Below are positions 35,906-49,209 of a stretch of DNA of 64,000 nt, one piece after another (the stretch's first letter is position 1; each line of letters begins with the position of its first letter). The notes beneath the pieces are model-generated. The model was not told the origin of the DNA and did not search any database. It saw nothing but the letters and a program-made list of their open reading frames with translations. The stretch is from Bacteroidales bacterium (GTDB lineage: Bacteria; Bacteroidota; Bacteroidia; Bacteroidales; JACABE01). Location: the NCBI GenBank assembly GCA_023251515.1, contig JAHEYQ010000001.1:74785-138784 (forward strand), in the 5' to 3' direction. A program made the position numbers and the translations under genes.

Positions 35906-36454
35906 ATGCTGAAAGAAAAATCTGAATTTCCTAAAAATTTTCTTCCAATTTCATTAAAAACGGGATTATTATCTGCTTTTATAATGATGATATTCAATGT
36001 TATAAACTATCTTATTTTTGGCTCTGCTTCCCGTCCGGTTTTGCTATGGAATCATATGTTACTGTTTGTCGTAATGTTCGTTGCTGTAAAATCATATAGA
36101 AAACAATTAGAGGGGTTCATAAATTTTAAACAATGCTATATTTCCGGATTGTTTAATGGTATTTTTGCCTCATTTTTTTTTGCAGTATTTGTATATTTTA
36201 ATACAAAATTTATTGACAAAGAACTTATTAAAAACTTTATTTCAATTAATGAAGTTGCAATGAATCAATATATTTCAGGCGAAGAACTACATCGACAAAC
36301 TGATATATTATATAGGTTTTCGACTCCTTTTTTTATGGGAATAAGAGCAGCTGGTGAACTTATACTAATAAGCATATTTTTACCGTTATTAATGTCGATA
36401 TTTCTAAAAAGAGAAAGAAAAACTGAAGAAGTTGCTAATTCTAATGACGAATAA
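35906..36454 (+). CDS. DUF4199-like multi-pass membrane protein (tandem paralogue)
   Basis: 182 aa with the same topology as the upstream gene, separated by a 5-nt gap. Confidence 0.45.
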   Translation: MLKEKSEFPKNFLPISLKTGLLSAFIMMIFNVINYLIFGSASRPVLLWNHMLLFVVMFVAVKSYRKQLEGFINFKQCYISGLFNGIFASFFFAVFVYFNTKFIDKELIKNFISINEVAMNQYISGEELHRQTDILYRFSTPFFMGIRAAGELILISIFLPLLMSIFLKRERKTEEVANSNDE

Positions 36455-36465
36455 TTAATCAATTT

Positions 36466-37419
36466 ATGGATATTTCTGTTGTAATACCTTTATTTAATGA
36501 AGATGAATCTTTGGGAGAATTAACTTCATGGATTTCAAAAGTTATGCTTGATAATAATTTTACTTATGAAGTAATAATGATTGATGATGGTAGTAATGAT
36601 AATTCATGGGAAGTAATTGAAAACCTGATTACTACAAATAATAATTATAAAGGTATAAAATTTAAAAGGAATTATGGGAAATCAGCAGCCTTAAATGTTG
36701 GTTTTGAAGCTGCAAAAGGTAATGTGGTAATTACAATGGATGCTGATTTACAAGATAGTCCAGAAGAGATTCCAGGATTATTTAAAATGATAGTTGAAGA
36801 AAAGTATGATATTGTTTCGGGATGGAAACGCAAGCGTTATGATCCGATAATGAAAACAATTCCTTCTAAATTTTTCAATTGGACAACCCGCAGGATGTCG
36901 GGAATAAAATTGAATGATTTTAACTGTGGATTAAAAGCTTATAAACGTGAAGTTGTTAAGAGTATTGAAGTTTATGGCGAAATGCACAGATATATTCCTG
37001 TTATTGCAAAATGGGCAGGTTTTAGTAAGATTGGTGAAAAAATTGTTACTCACCGCGAAAGAAAGTATGGTGTTACCAAATTTGGTCTCGATCGTTTTAT
37101 AAAAGGTTATCTTGATTTGATTTCGATTACATTTATTTCTAAATTCGGAAAAAGACCTATGCATTTCTTTGGACTTATCGGAACTTTAATGTTTTTCGTA
37201 GGTTTTTTTGCTGCATCTTGGCTTGGGTTTGAAAAACTTTATTCTGTTTATCATGGTGTAAGAGCTCCTTTGGTTACTTCAAGTCCATATTTTTATATTG
37301 CAATAGCTTCAATGATTATTGGTGTGCAACTTTTCTTAGCTGGATTTATTGCTGAATTAATTGGCAGAAGTTCTTCAACCAGAAACTCTTATTTGATAGA
37401 AAAAAAGATAATTGATTAG
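36466..37419 (+). CDS. Family 2 glycosyltransferase, polyprenyl-phosphate sugar synthase type (DPM1/GtrB/ArnC-like)
   Basis: 317 aa with VVIPLFNEDESL, DDGSNDNS and MDADLQDSPEEI (DXD), plus two C-terminal TM helices. Confidence 0.85.
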   Translation: MDISVVIPLFNEDESLGELTSWISKVMLDNNFTYEVIMIDDGSNDNSWEVIENLITTNNNYKGIKFKRNYGKSAALNVGFEAAKGNVVITMDADLQDSPEEIPGLFKMIVEEKYDIVSGWKRKRYDPIMKTIPSKFFNWTTRRMSGIKLNDFNCGLKAYKREVVKSIEVYGEMHRYIPVIAKWAGFSKIGEKIVTHRERKYGVTKFGLDRFIKGYLDLISITFISKFGKRPMHFFGLIGTLMFFVGFFAASWLGFEKLYSVYHGVRAPLVTSSPYFYIAIASMIIGVQLFLAGFIAELIGRSSSTRNSYLIEKKIID

Positions 37420-37447
37420 AAATTTTTAAAATAAAACGTTTATTATA

Positions 37448-38020
37448 ATGAGAATAATAGAATCAATAGAACAATCAATAGAACTTAAAAAGAAAGTTTT
37501 AGAAAACAGAGAATTATTGCAGTGCGTTAAAGATATTTCTGATGAATGTATTGCTGCTTTTAAAGCTGATGGAAAAGTTTTATTCTGTGGTAATGGCGGA
37601 AGTGCTGCTGATGCTCAACATTTGGCTGCTGAATTTAGCGGCAGGTTTTATTATGACAGAGATCCTTTATATTCAGAAGCATTGCATGTAAATACTTCTT
37701 ATTTAACTGCTGTAGCAAATGATTACTCGTATGATGATATTTATGCCCGTTTGATAAAAGCAAAAGGAAAAAAAGGTGATGTTTTGATTGGAATTTCAAC
37801 TTCGGGAAATTCGGAAAACATTGTGAGAGCTTTAAAAATTGCTAATCAACAAGGTATGATTACGGTTGGGTTTACGGGTGAAACCGGCGGAAAAATGAAA
37901 GATCATTGTAAGTATTTATTGAACGTTCCTTCTAAGGATACACCACGTGTTCAGGAAGTTCATATATTGCTTGGTCATATTATCTGCGAATTAGTTGAAA
38001 CCGCTTTATTTCCAAGATAA
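37448..38020 (+). CDS. gmhA: D-sedoheptulose-7-phosphate isomerase
   Basis: 190 aa SIS domain with LFCGNGGSAADAQHLAAEF and ISTSGNSENI. Confidence 0.85.
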   Translation: MRIIESIEQSIELKKKVLENRELLQCVKDISDECIAAFKADGKVLFCGNGGSAADAQHLAAEFSGRFYYDRDPLYSEALHVNTSYLTAVANDYSYDDIYARLIKAKGKKGDVLIGISTSGNSENIVRALKIANQQGMITVGFTGETGGKMKDHCKYLLNVPSKDTPRVQEVHILLGHIICELVETALFPR

Positions 38021-38023
38021 TTT

Positions 38024-38596
38024 ATGAATTTCATAAAAGAAATTGATTTTACGTGGTCTTTGTTTTTGGATAGGGATGGTGTTATTAACAGAAGAATTCC
38101 TGATGATTATGTAAAGTCTTTTAAAGAATTTGAATTTACAGAAAATACATTAAATGCAATCCCGATATTTAATAAATATTTTTCTACAATTGTGGTGGTT
38201 ACAAATCAACAAGGAATAGGGAAGGGGTTAATGACAGCGAATCAGCTTAATGAAATTCACAATGAAATGATTTTGAAAGTTTCTGAAAACAAAGGTCATA
38301 TTGATAAAGTGTATTTTTGCCCTGATTTAAAAAACTCTGGAAGCTTTTATCGCAAACCCGCTGTTGGAATGGGCTTAAAGGCTAAAAAAGATTTTAAAAA
38401 GATAAATTTTAAAAAAGCAGTAATGATTGGTGATTCTGTTAGTGATATGAAATTTGGCAGAAGTTTGGGAATGAAAACTGTTTTTATAGCAGAAACCAAC
38501 GAAAAGACCATTTTGCATCCCGAATTGATAGATTTTGTTTCTCCTTCTCTTTATCATTTTTCACAAATTTTAAAATCAAGCAAAACTTATGTTTAA
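38024..38596 (+). CDS. gmhB: HAD-IIIA phosphatase, D,D-heptose-1,7-bisphosphate phosphatase-like
   Basis: 190 aa with FLDRDGVIN (motif I), VVTNQQGIGKG (motif II) and GDSVSDMKFG (motif IV). Confidence 0.7.
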   Translation: MNFIKEIDFTWSLFLDRDGVINRRIPDDYVKSFKEFEFTENTLNAIPIFNKYFSTIVVVTNQQGIGKGLMTANQLNEIHNEMILKVSENKGHIDKVYFCPDLKNSGSFYRKPAVGMGLKAKKDFKKINFKKAVMIGDSVSDMKFGRSLGMKTVFIAETNEKTILHPELIDFVSPSLYHFSQILKSSKTYV

Positions 38597-39623
38597 AAAA
38601 AATATTCTGTTTCTGTTTATTACTTTATTTCATTTTACTATTGTATTTGCTCAAAATGCAAATGATACCATCAATAGAATTGATAAAAATACTGGCAAAA
38701 AGTATGGTTACTGGATAAAAAAATATCCTGACGGGAAAATAAAATATCAGGGTAGGTTTGAAAACGACAAACCGGATGGAGAATTCAAATATTATTATGA
38801 AGATGGTAAGATTAAAGCAATTTCTGTCTTCAAAAATAAAGGTGCCCGTTCATTTACCAAAACTTTTTACCCGAATGGAAAACTGATGTCGGTTGGATAT
38901 TATTTAAATGAAAAGAAGGATAGTTTGTGGAAGTATTATAATGAATATGATGTGGTTTTGAGGGAAGAGTTTTATAAAAATACGTTGAAACATGGTGAAT
39001 GGAAAACTTTTTATCCTGATGGTACATTAACTGATAAAATGACTTATAAAAATGGATTCAGAGAAGGCGTTTGGGAACAGTATTATGTTGGCGGTTCATT
39101 GAAAACCCAATTTAAAAACGATAAATTGGAAGGTGCTTATACTGTTTATTTCCCTACGGGTAAACTTAAATATCAGGGGAGATATAAAAATAATAAAAGG
39201 GATGGAATTTGGTTTTGGTTTGATAGTAATGCATTGCCAATAAAACGTTTTACATATAAAGATGATATTTTGAAAACAAAGGAATTTGTACTTTACGAAA
39301 ATAAAAAACCAGTAAATATTAAATTCGACAGCATTGCATATATTTTTGTGAAATCGTCTGTTGTTTATCTGAAAAAAATGGATGGAAAGCAAGTGCAACT
39401 TACTGAAAAATTTGTTTTTATAACTGATGTTTTGGGCGAAGATAATTTTTTGTTGATTAATAAAAACTTTTTTGCCAATATGCGAACAATAAAATCGATA
39501 AGTCCTTTTGAAGAAAAATATTTTAAAGTAGAAATTACTCCTCAACCCGATTTTGATGTTATATCAGAAGAAGAGAGTTCAAAAGCATTAAAAGCCATGT
39601 TTAATGATTTTAAATTCAAGTAG
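38589..39623 (+). CDS. MORN-variant (YwqK-like) repeat protein with C-terminal LytTR-like domain and N-terminal signal/anchor
   Basis: 344 aa starting MFKKNILFLFITLFHFTIVFAQ. It has about 7 repeats of G.W..YY.nGk type. The C-terminus, IKFDSIAYIFVKSSVVYLKKMDGKQVQLTEKF...LGEDNFLLINKNFFANMRTIKSI, follows the LytTR pattern. Confidence 0.6.
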   Translation: MFKKNILFLFITLFHFTIVFAQNANDTINRIDKNTGKKYGYWIKKYPDGKIKYQGRFENDKPDGEFKYYYEDGKIKAISVFKNKGARSFTKTFYPNGKLMSVGYYLNEKKDSLWKYYNEYDVVLREEFYKNTLKHGEWKTFYPDGTLTDKMTYKNGFREGVWEQYYVGGSLKTQFKNDKLEGAYTVYFPTGKLKYQGRYKNNKRDGIWFWFDSNALPIKRFTYKDDILKTKEFVLYENKKPVNIKFDSIAYIFVKSSVVYLKKMDGKQVQLTEKFVFITDVLGEDNFLLINKNFFANMRTIKSISPFEEKYFKVEITPQPDFDVISEEESSKALKAMFNDFKFK

Positions 39624-39684
39624 ATATTTTATTTTTTTTTATTTGTTGTAAAACCGTTATTTCTTAATAAACTAATATAGAAAA

Positions 39685-39713
39685 CCGCTACTGATTTCAG
39701 AGCGTTTTTTTTT
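39685..39713 (+). terminator. Hairpin + T9 terminator, related to the 42470/43678 hairpin family (inverted orientation)
   Basis: CGCTACTGATTTCAGAGCG followed by TTTTTTTTT. It shares the core GCTCTGAAATCAG on the - strand. Confidence 0.6.
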
Positions 39714-39718
39714 AAACT

Positions 39719-42391
39719 TTAATATCTGATTAATTTCCCTATTTGAATTTTACTGCCTATTTGTATTTTGTAAAGATATAAACCAACATTTAATTCCGAT
39801 GCTTTTATTTTTACTGACTGTATTCCTTTGTTTTGCAGTTTGTATATTGGTTTTAATATTTCCTTTCCAGCAATGTCAAATACCGAAAATTCAACAAATT
39901 GCTCATCCTTCAATTCATATTGAATTTCAGTATATTCACTAAATGGATTTGGCGATATACTTAAATTAAAAATATTGTTTTGATTATCAATTCCCGAATT
40001 ATTAAAATACAAAACATTAGATTTATTAGGAGCAATACAATTATTGATTTTGATCTTAACGTAATAATTATCAGTTTGTTGTGGTAAATAAAAACTTTCT
40101 ACTGCACCAGGTATTAGTCCCTGTAAATATGAATACCATTGATTTCCATTAGAAGAACTTGAAAATAAAGTGTCTGAAATTTGAGTTATAAAGGGTACTG
40201 GAGGTGTTTGATTTACAATAATTCTTGAAATATTTGATGTGTCTTTAAATTGCATATTGCAATTATTCACTATTACCCTGTACTGATGTGTATCAGCAAC
40301 AGCAATATCTTTAATGCTAAGCGTACTTGTATTTGAATTTGTATAAGTAGATCCAAGCGGAGTATCATTATTTACATTCATCCAAACATTTCCATTTTTA
40401 TATTGCCATCTGCAGTTTAATGGTGTAGAGCCTGATAATCCAACAAATAAGTTGGCATTTGGCGAAGGACTGCAATACGTTTGGCTGATTGTTGGTTGAG
40501 ATGTAATTGAAAGGGGAATGCAAGGTGTTGTAGCACTTCCAGTTAAAGCAGGGGTTTTGTAACATTTTGTTAATGAGTTGTATTCGAAAATTGCAAAATG
40601 ATAAGTTGTTCCAGAAGATAGAGAAGTAAAGTTTATCTGATTATTGCTTCCACTGTAAAGTACATAATTTCCTGAACCCAATTGTATTCCGTTTCCATAA
40701 ACAGAATCAGCCTGATATGAATTCCCATTAATCGGAGTAGCATTTACCGGATTGCCAGCTCTAGCAATTATCAAGACAGAATCTCCACTTCCACGCTGAA
40801 AATTGATTTGTATTGAAGAATTTGTAATTTGCGTTGCACTAAATAAAGTTGCTTGAGAAATTGGAGACAAACAGCTTGTTGGTAAGTTAATATCGAATGA
40901 TATTGTGGTATCTGCATTTGAAACATTGTAAATATTTAAACCACCCATTCCTCCTGATTGTAAGAAACAAAAAGGATTTGTCGTATCGTTAATAATTGTT
41001 CTTCCCACACTCAAAGAGAAATTTGCATTATTTACATTTCCATTTGAATTTAAAGCCCCGCCGGGTCTGTATAAATAAACGCCATCCGGTGGTCCGCTTG
41101 CATTTCCATTCAGCAAAGTATCTATTCTGTAAACCAATAAACCGGTTCCGGGTAAAAAGCTTTCATATATTCCCGATTTAATGCGGTATTCAACCATAAA
41201 GTATTCGTTTGCCGAATAAGGCGAACGTATTTTAAAACAATTATTCACAGGATTGGTAATCGGATTTAAGGTGTAAGTTCCCGAAGTTGTTATTTCGGGT
41301 ATTGAGTTTATCCATACATGACCAGAATATCTCCATTTCATATAGGTAAACATATGTCCACCTCCGCTTTCCATTAAATCCCAGCCACCTACAGGCGATA
41401 TGGTTCCTTGGTCTGTATAATGATACAAATCAGGAGCACCCAAAGCATGAAACATTTCATGGCATAAAGTTCTTACATTCACCTGATTTTCGGGTTGAAA
41501 TGTATAATCGTAAACCTTTTTGCCATTGATGTAAACATCCTGCGAGTTTAACGACCATCGGTGTGCCCATAATAAATTACTCCATGCTCCACTATTTCCT
41601 CTGATAATAAAACACATATTATCAATTTTGTTGTCATTATCGCCATCAAGATTCAGATTGCCTGGTACTGGCGAGTTAATATTTATCCAATCAATTGCAT
41701 CTGCTAAAAGCTGATGTTCTCTATCTCTTCGCATATTTGAACCCAAATATCCATTTGGATTTGTACTCGCATTATAGGGTTGAAAATAACTTCTTGGATG
41801 AATATCCTGATAAGATAAATTTGTAGTAAGTTGACATTCTGGGTAATGACTGCTGTTTATTGTCAGGTTGTTATATGATACTTCTGTGTAATAAGATTTT
41901 AAAGAAAAACTTGAAGTTGGATTAAATTTATCATCATATTCCTGTCGGTTGATTGTAAATTCGGTATCATCTGAAAATCTTATATATACCACCAGATTAT
42001 TCAATATGCCATTATGTGGTGCTTTTGTTGATTTTTGTATATTCTTTTCATCCTCAGCCATTTCATTTCGTCTGAGCAGATATTCTTCTTTTGATATCTT
42101 AACCCATTTCTTTAATCCCGCTTTTTTGGGATTAATCGTGTTTACTATATATTTTGAAGGTTTTACAACATCACCGTCCTTAATTGCATAGTAATAATAA
42201 CCATTGTCAGCCTGAATAATGGTATATCCATTTTCATCGTGTATCCAGTTAAAATATTCATCACCTGATACAAAACAATGAATCGTTTTGCCATTTGGTT
42301 GCGTAATTGTATAAGGGAGATTATTAAAATAGTCTGCCTTACAAGTTAAAAAGAAGAGGAAAAAAGATAAGATAAGGAATAATTTTCTCAT
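39719..42391 (-). CDS. M6-family (immune inhibitor A-like) metalloprotease with T9SS C-terminal domain
   Basis: 890 aa with a signal peptide, the zinc motif HEMFHALGAPDLYH, Ig/FN3-like middle modules, and a C-terminal LSISPNPFSEYTEIQY...LYLYKIQ sorting domain. Confidence 0.8.
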   Translation of the reverse strand: MRKLFLILSFFLFFLTCKADYFNNLPYTITQPNGKTIHCFVSGDEYFNWIHDENGYTIIQADNGYYYYAIKDGDVVKPSKYIVNTINPKKAGLKKWVKISKEEYLLRRNEMAEDEKNIQKSTKAPHNGILNNLVVYIRFSDDTEFTINRQEYDDKFNPTSSFSLKSYYTEVSYNNLTINSSHYPECQLTTNLSYQDIHPRSYFQPYNASTNPNGYLGSNMRRDREHQLLADAIDWININSPVPGNLNLDGDNDNKIDNMCFIIRGNSGAWSNLLWAHRWSLNSQDVYINGKKVYDYTFQPENQVNVRTLCHEMFHALGAPDLYHYTDQGTISPVGGWDLMESGGGHMFTYMKWRYSGHVWINSIPEITTSGTYTLNPITNPVNNCFKIRSPYSANEYFMVEYRIKSGIYESFLPGTGLLVYRIDTLLNGNASGPPDGVYLYRPGGALNSNGNVNNANFSLSVGRTIINDTTNPFCFLQSGGMGGLNIYNVSNADTTISFDINLPTSCLSPISQATLFSATQITNSSIQINFQRGSGDSVLIIARAGNPVNATPINGNSYQADSVYGNGIQLGSGNYVLYSGSNNQINFTSLSSGTTYHFAIFEYNSLTKCYKTPALTGSATTPCIPLSITSQPTISQTYCSPSPNANLFVGLSGSTPLNCRWQYKNGNVWMNVNNDTPLGSTYTNSNTSTLSIKDIAVADTHQYRVIVNNCNMQFKDTSNISRIIVNQTPPVPFITQISDTLFSSSSNGNQWYSYLQGLIPGAVESFYLPQQTDNYYVKIKINNCIAPNKSNVLYFNNSGIDNQNNIFNLSISPNPFSEYTEIQYELKDEQFVEFSVFDIAGKEILKPIYKLQNKGIQSVKIKASELNVGLYLYKIQIGSKIQIGKLIRY

Positions 42392-42469
42392 ATAATTGAA
42401 TTGATAGTAGTTAAATTTATTGGAAACAAAAATACATATAATACTGAAATAATTTAGTTATTGAAAACA

Positions 42470-42500
42470 AAAAAAGCCGCTCTGAAATCAGAAACGGCTT
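42470..42500 (-). terminator. Hairpin terminator AAAAAAGCCGCTCTGAAATCAGAAACGGCTT (copy 1)
   Basis: 31 nt identical to 43678-43708. On the - strand it is followed by a T-run. It lies downstream of the 370-aa gene. Confidence 0.65.
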
Positions 42501-42523
42501 ATAAATAAATCCAAAGTTGTTTT

Positions 42524-43636
42524 CTAAATTAGCTTAATACGGATATAAGAAATTTCTTCATCATGAACTGTATGGATATCATTAGCTTCTGTAATTCTGT
42601 TTATTGAAACATAAAAATATCCATCATTACTCCAAAACATATTATCTGGATTTGATGGCATCCAGTTTTTAAAATTAGTTAAAAAAATCTCTTTAATATG
42701 ATTATTATCAAATGAACAAAGTTTTATTTCTCCAGTATTTTCATAAACTTCTTGTCTAACACTAATAAAGTGCTTTTTATCTGGTGAAATGAGAGGAAAG
42801 CTTAAAAAATACGGAGATTCTTCCCCATTTTCTTTGTCAACTAATTTATATGCTTCATCATCTATAAAAATAAAGTGAATCACATATTTATTTACTACCT
42901 TAATTTCTCCGATATAGCTGCATTTTTGATATCTTTCATCATAGGGAGGTATATCTTTAAATACTTTTTCACCCGATTTATATTTAATTTTTAAAACACC
43001 ATTGTGCTTTTTAAAACGATTGGTATCAGGTGTAAAGTAATCTCCAATTGCATGAGATTTCTTATTGTAAAATGTTGTTGAATCAATTTCTTCAATTTTA
43101 ATATAATCAGTTAATATACGACCATCTTTAAAATTTTCCCTTTTGTCATTTATTTTCAAGTCTTCAATAACAGAAAGGTCAGTAAACAATCTTTTTATAT
43201 CAGATTTATTCCCTGTTTTATTTTTAGGCACATAAACTTTTTCAAGTTCGGTAACATTTCTATATTTTCCATTATCCATTTGTCGTTTTGTAATCAAATA
43301 TTTTACCCCATACCAATTCGCTATATCTTCAATCACAGCTATCTCTTCACCATAAAAAAAGTTTCCAATTGTTTCAGAATTACTATCTGCATGTTGTTTA
43401 ATATCAATTCCTGAAATATCCTTAACATAAACCTTTTTAATTGTTTTAAACTGATCATCAGAGATTTTTATACTTTCATCAATAACATATTGATTTTCTA
43501 TAATTGTTTTTTTTGAAGCAGTTTTTTTTGTTTCACTATTGCAAGAGTATATTAGAGGAATAGAAAAGAAAGCAAAAAAAATGTAAAGAGTCAAATTTGA
43601 ACTTCTTAATGATAGATATTTGAATATTGTTTTCAT
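42524..43636 (-). CDS. Lipoprotein with SH3b-like segment, function unknown
   Basis: 370 aa with a lipobox-like FSIPLIYSC. The segment VYVKDISGIDIKQHADSNSETIGNFFYGEEIAVIEDIANWYGVKY looks SH3b-like. Confidence 0.5.
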   Translation of the reverse strand: MKTIFKYLSLRSSNLTLYIFFAFFSIPLIYSCNSETKKTASKKTIIENQYVIDESIKISDDQFKTIKKVYVKDISGIDIKQHADSNSETIGNFFYGEEIAVIEDIANWYGVKYLITKRQMDNGKYRNVTELEKVYVPKNKTGNKSDIKRLFTDLSVIEDLKINDKRENFKDGRILTDYIKIEEIDSTTFYNKKSHAIGDYFTPDTNRFKKHNGVLKIKYKSGEKVFKDIPPYDERYQKCSYIGEIKVVNKYVIHFIFIDDEAYKLVDKENGEESPYFLSFPLISPDKKHFISVRQEVYENTGEIKLCSFDNNHIKEIFLTNFKNWMPSNPDNMFWSNDGYFYVSINRITEANDIHTVHDEEISYIRIKLI

Positions 43637-43677
43637 AAAATATATTTAAGTGACAAATATAAACATATTTACCAAAT

Positions 43678-43708
43678 AAAAAAGCCGCTCTGAAATCAGA
43701 AACGGCTT
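43678..43708 (-). terminator. Hairpin terminator AAAAAAGCCGCTCTGAAATCAGAAACGGCTT (copy 2)
   Basis: Identical to copy 1 and flanked by T-runs on both strands. It lies downstream of nifJ. Confidence 0.65.
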
Positions 43709-43732
43709 TTTTAATTAAGAATATATGAACAT

Positions 43733-47275
<3,543 letters not shown>

Positions 47276-47538
47276 TTACTTTTTAAAATACTGATATATT
47301 GTGTATTAACTAAAAAAATAGTCATTTTGAAATTCAAAGCAAAAGTAATAATAATAAATCAGATATTGGGTATCAAATAATGATTTTTAACACTAAATTT
47401 GATTTTGAATGACTTACGTTAAGATTTCATTTAGAAACAAATTCTTTATTGCCTTTTTATTCCATTTTCTGATTGTTCGTAACAAAACTATTGTATTTTT
47501 GCAGTACTTATATTTTTATCATAATTTCAATCTAAACT

Positions 47539-48468
47539 TTGGAAGCATATAATAATTCATTGATTAATTGTAAGATTTGCCCTCGCTCTTGTGGAGTAAA
47601 TCGAATTGAAGGTAAGTTAGGTTATTGCGGCAGTAATTCTCATTATAATGTATCTTCAATTGTTCTTCATAAAGGAGAAGAACCTGTAATTAGCGGAGAA
47701 AAAGGTATTTGTAATGTGTTTTTTAGCAGATGCAATTTGCAATGTATCTATTGTCAGAATATTCAGATTAGTTGCAATAGGGGAGATGTAATCTTACAAG
47801 TTTTTAGTTTGGATGAAGTTACAAATGCTATTATTGATATTTTTGAAACTAATGGGATTAATTCTTTGGGCTTCGTTTCTCCTTCACATTATGTCCCTCA
47901 TGTAATTTCAATAATTGAAAATCTTAGAGCAAAAGGATACAATCCCATTACTGTTTATAATACCAATTCCTATGATAAAGTTGAAACTATAAAAATGCTT
48001 GAAAATTATATAAATATATATTTGCCTGATTTCAAGTATTCAGACAATAAATTAGCAAAGAAATTATCTGATGTTTCTGATTATTTTGAAGTTGCATCCT
48101 CTGCCATTAAAGAAATGTACAGACAAAAAGGAAGTACAATTATTAAAAATGATGAAGGAATTGCTGAATCTGGATTAATTGTCCGACATTTGGTTTTGCC
48201 CGGTCAAATTGATAATAGTCTGAATGTTATTAGACACATTGTTGATGAATTATCTCCAAATATTTCTGTATCATTAATGGCTCAATACCATCCTGTTAGA
48301 AATTTGGATAATTATCCTGATTTGAACCGAAAACTTACTCAACATGAATATGAAATAGTTGTAAAAGAATTAGATGAATCCGGTATTTTTAAGGGTTGGG
48401 TTCAGGAACTGGAAAGTTCTGATAATTATTTGCCTGATTTTGAAAATGAACATCCATTTGAAAAATAG
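47539..48468 (+). CDS. Radical SAM protein, PflX / pyruvate-formate-lyase-activase-like
   Basis: 309 aa with an N-terminal CKICPRSCGVNR cluster and the radical-SAM CNLQCIYCQN motif. The start is TTG at 47539 per the ORF track. Confidence 0.75.
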   Translation: MEAYNNSLINCKICPRSCGVNRIEGKLGYCGSNSHYNVSSIVLHKGEEPVISGEKGICNVFFSRCNLQCIYCQNIQISCNRGDVILQVFSLDEVTNAIIDIFETNGINSLGFVSPSHYVPHVISIIENLRAKGYNPITVYNTNSYDKVETIKMLENYINIYLPDFKYSDNKLAKKLSDVSDYFEVASSAIKEMYRQKGSTIIKNDEGIAESGLIVRHLVLPGQIDNSLNVIRHIVDELSPNISVSLMAQYHPVRNLDNYPDLNRKLTQHEYEIVVKELDESGIFKGWVQELESSDNYLPDFENEHPFEK

Positions 48469-48471
48469 AGA

Positions 48472-49209
48472 TTATTTCATTTTTTCTAAAAAGCTTAAAA
48501 ACAGATTTAATCCTTTTCTTTTGTTATCATCCAGATTATAGCTGATGTATTCAGTATAATATTCTTTTGCATTCACATTTACAGGTATTTGATCTTTAAA
48601 TTCTTTAATTACTTCGTCAATGTTTTCAACACCTTGTTGGAGTGATTCGTTGAAAAGAGTATTAAATTCTTCAGGAATGGGTTTGTTTGCTACCCAACAG
48701 GCAAATACAAATGGTAATGATGTGTATTTGCTCCATTCTTCCGCCAAATCATACACGTATGGATATTTTTCTCTTTCAGTAAATGTTTTGTCGCCAATTA
48801 ATACAACCGATTGATAATTCTTTGTTTCGGTTTCTTTAATATTAATCCAATCTGGTTTTATTTTCCAGAAATTTTCTGCTAATACTTTTACCAATTGCAC
48901 TGATGTTCTGGATTCATTATCGAGATAAATCTCTGATATTTGATTTAAAGGAACATGACTAAGTAGCAAAACTGTATAAACTTTGCCAACAGCTCCTATG
49001 CAATAGTTTGTAATTATGTTATAATAACTTAGTTGAGGCAATACAGCCACTGGTACCAATCCGATATCAACCTGATTGCTGATTAATTTTTCTGCACATA
49101 TTGCAGGAACATCTCTGGAGATTTCAAATTCATTTTTTATTTTTGATTTATTTAAACCATAAATAAACGGAAATGTATTTAAATATGAAACAGCTGATAT
49201 TTTAATCAT
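48472..49209 (-). CDS. mqnA: Chorismate dehydratase MqnA (futalosine menaquinone pathway)
   Basis: 245 aa. The MIKISAVSYLNTFPFIYGL N-terminus is typical of the MqnA/MqnD family. Confidence 0.7.
   Translation of the reverse strand: MIKISAVSYLNTFPFIYGLNKSKIKNEFEISRDVPAICAEKLISNQVDIGLVPVAVLPQLSYYNIITNYCIGAVGKVYTVLLLSHVPLNQISEIYLDNESRTSVQLVKVLAENFWKIKPDWINIKETETKNYQSVVLIGDKTFTEREKYPYVYDLAEEWSKYTSLPFVFACWVANKPIPEEFNTLFNESLQQGVENIDEVIKEFKDQIPVNVNAKEYYTEYISYNLDDNKRKGLNLFLSFLEKMK

Noticed and set aside
39096-39545. 149-aa - strand ORF opposite the MORN/LytTR gene, and similar antisense ORFs (36931.., 38375.., 52943.., 58373.., 59275.., 60120.., 61496..)
   Set aside because: These are antisense shadows of well-supported genes. 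Their F/I/K-rich translations are typical of AT-rich non-coding frames.
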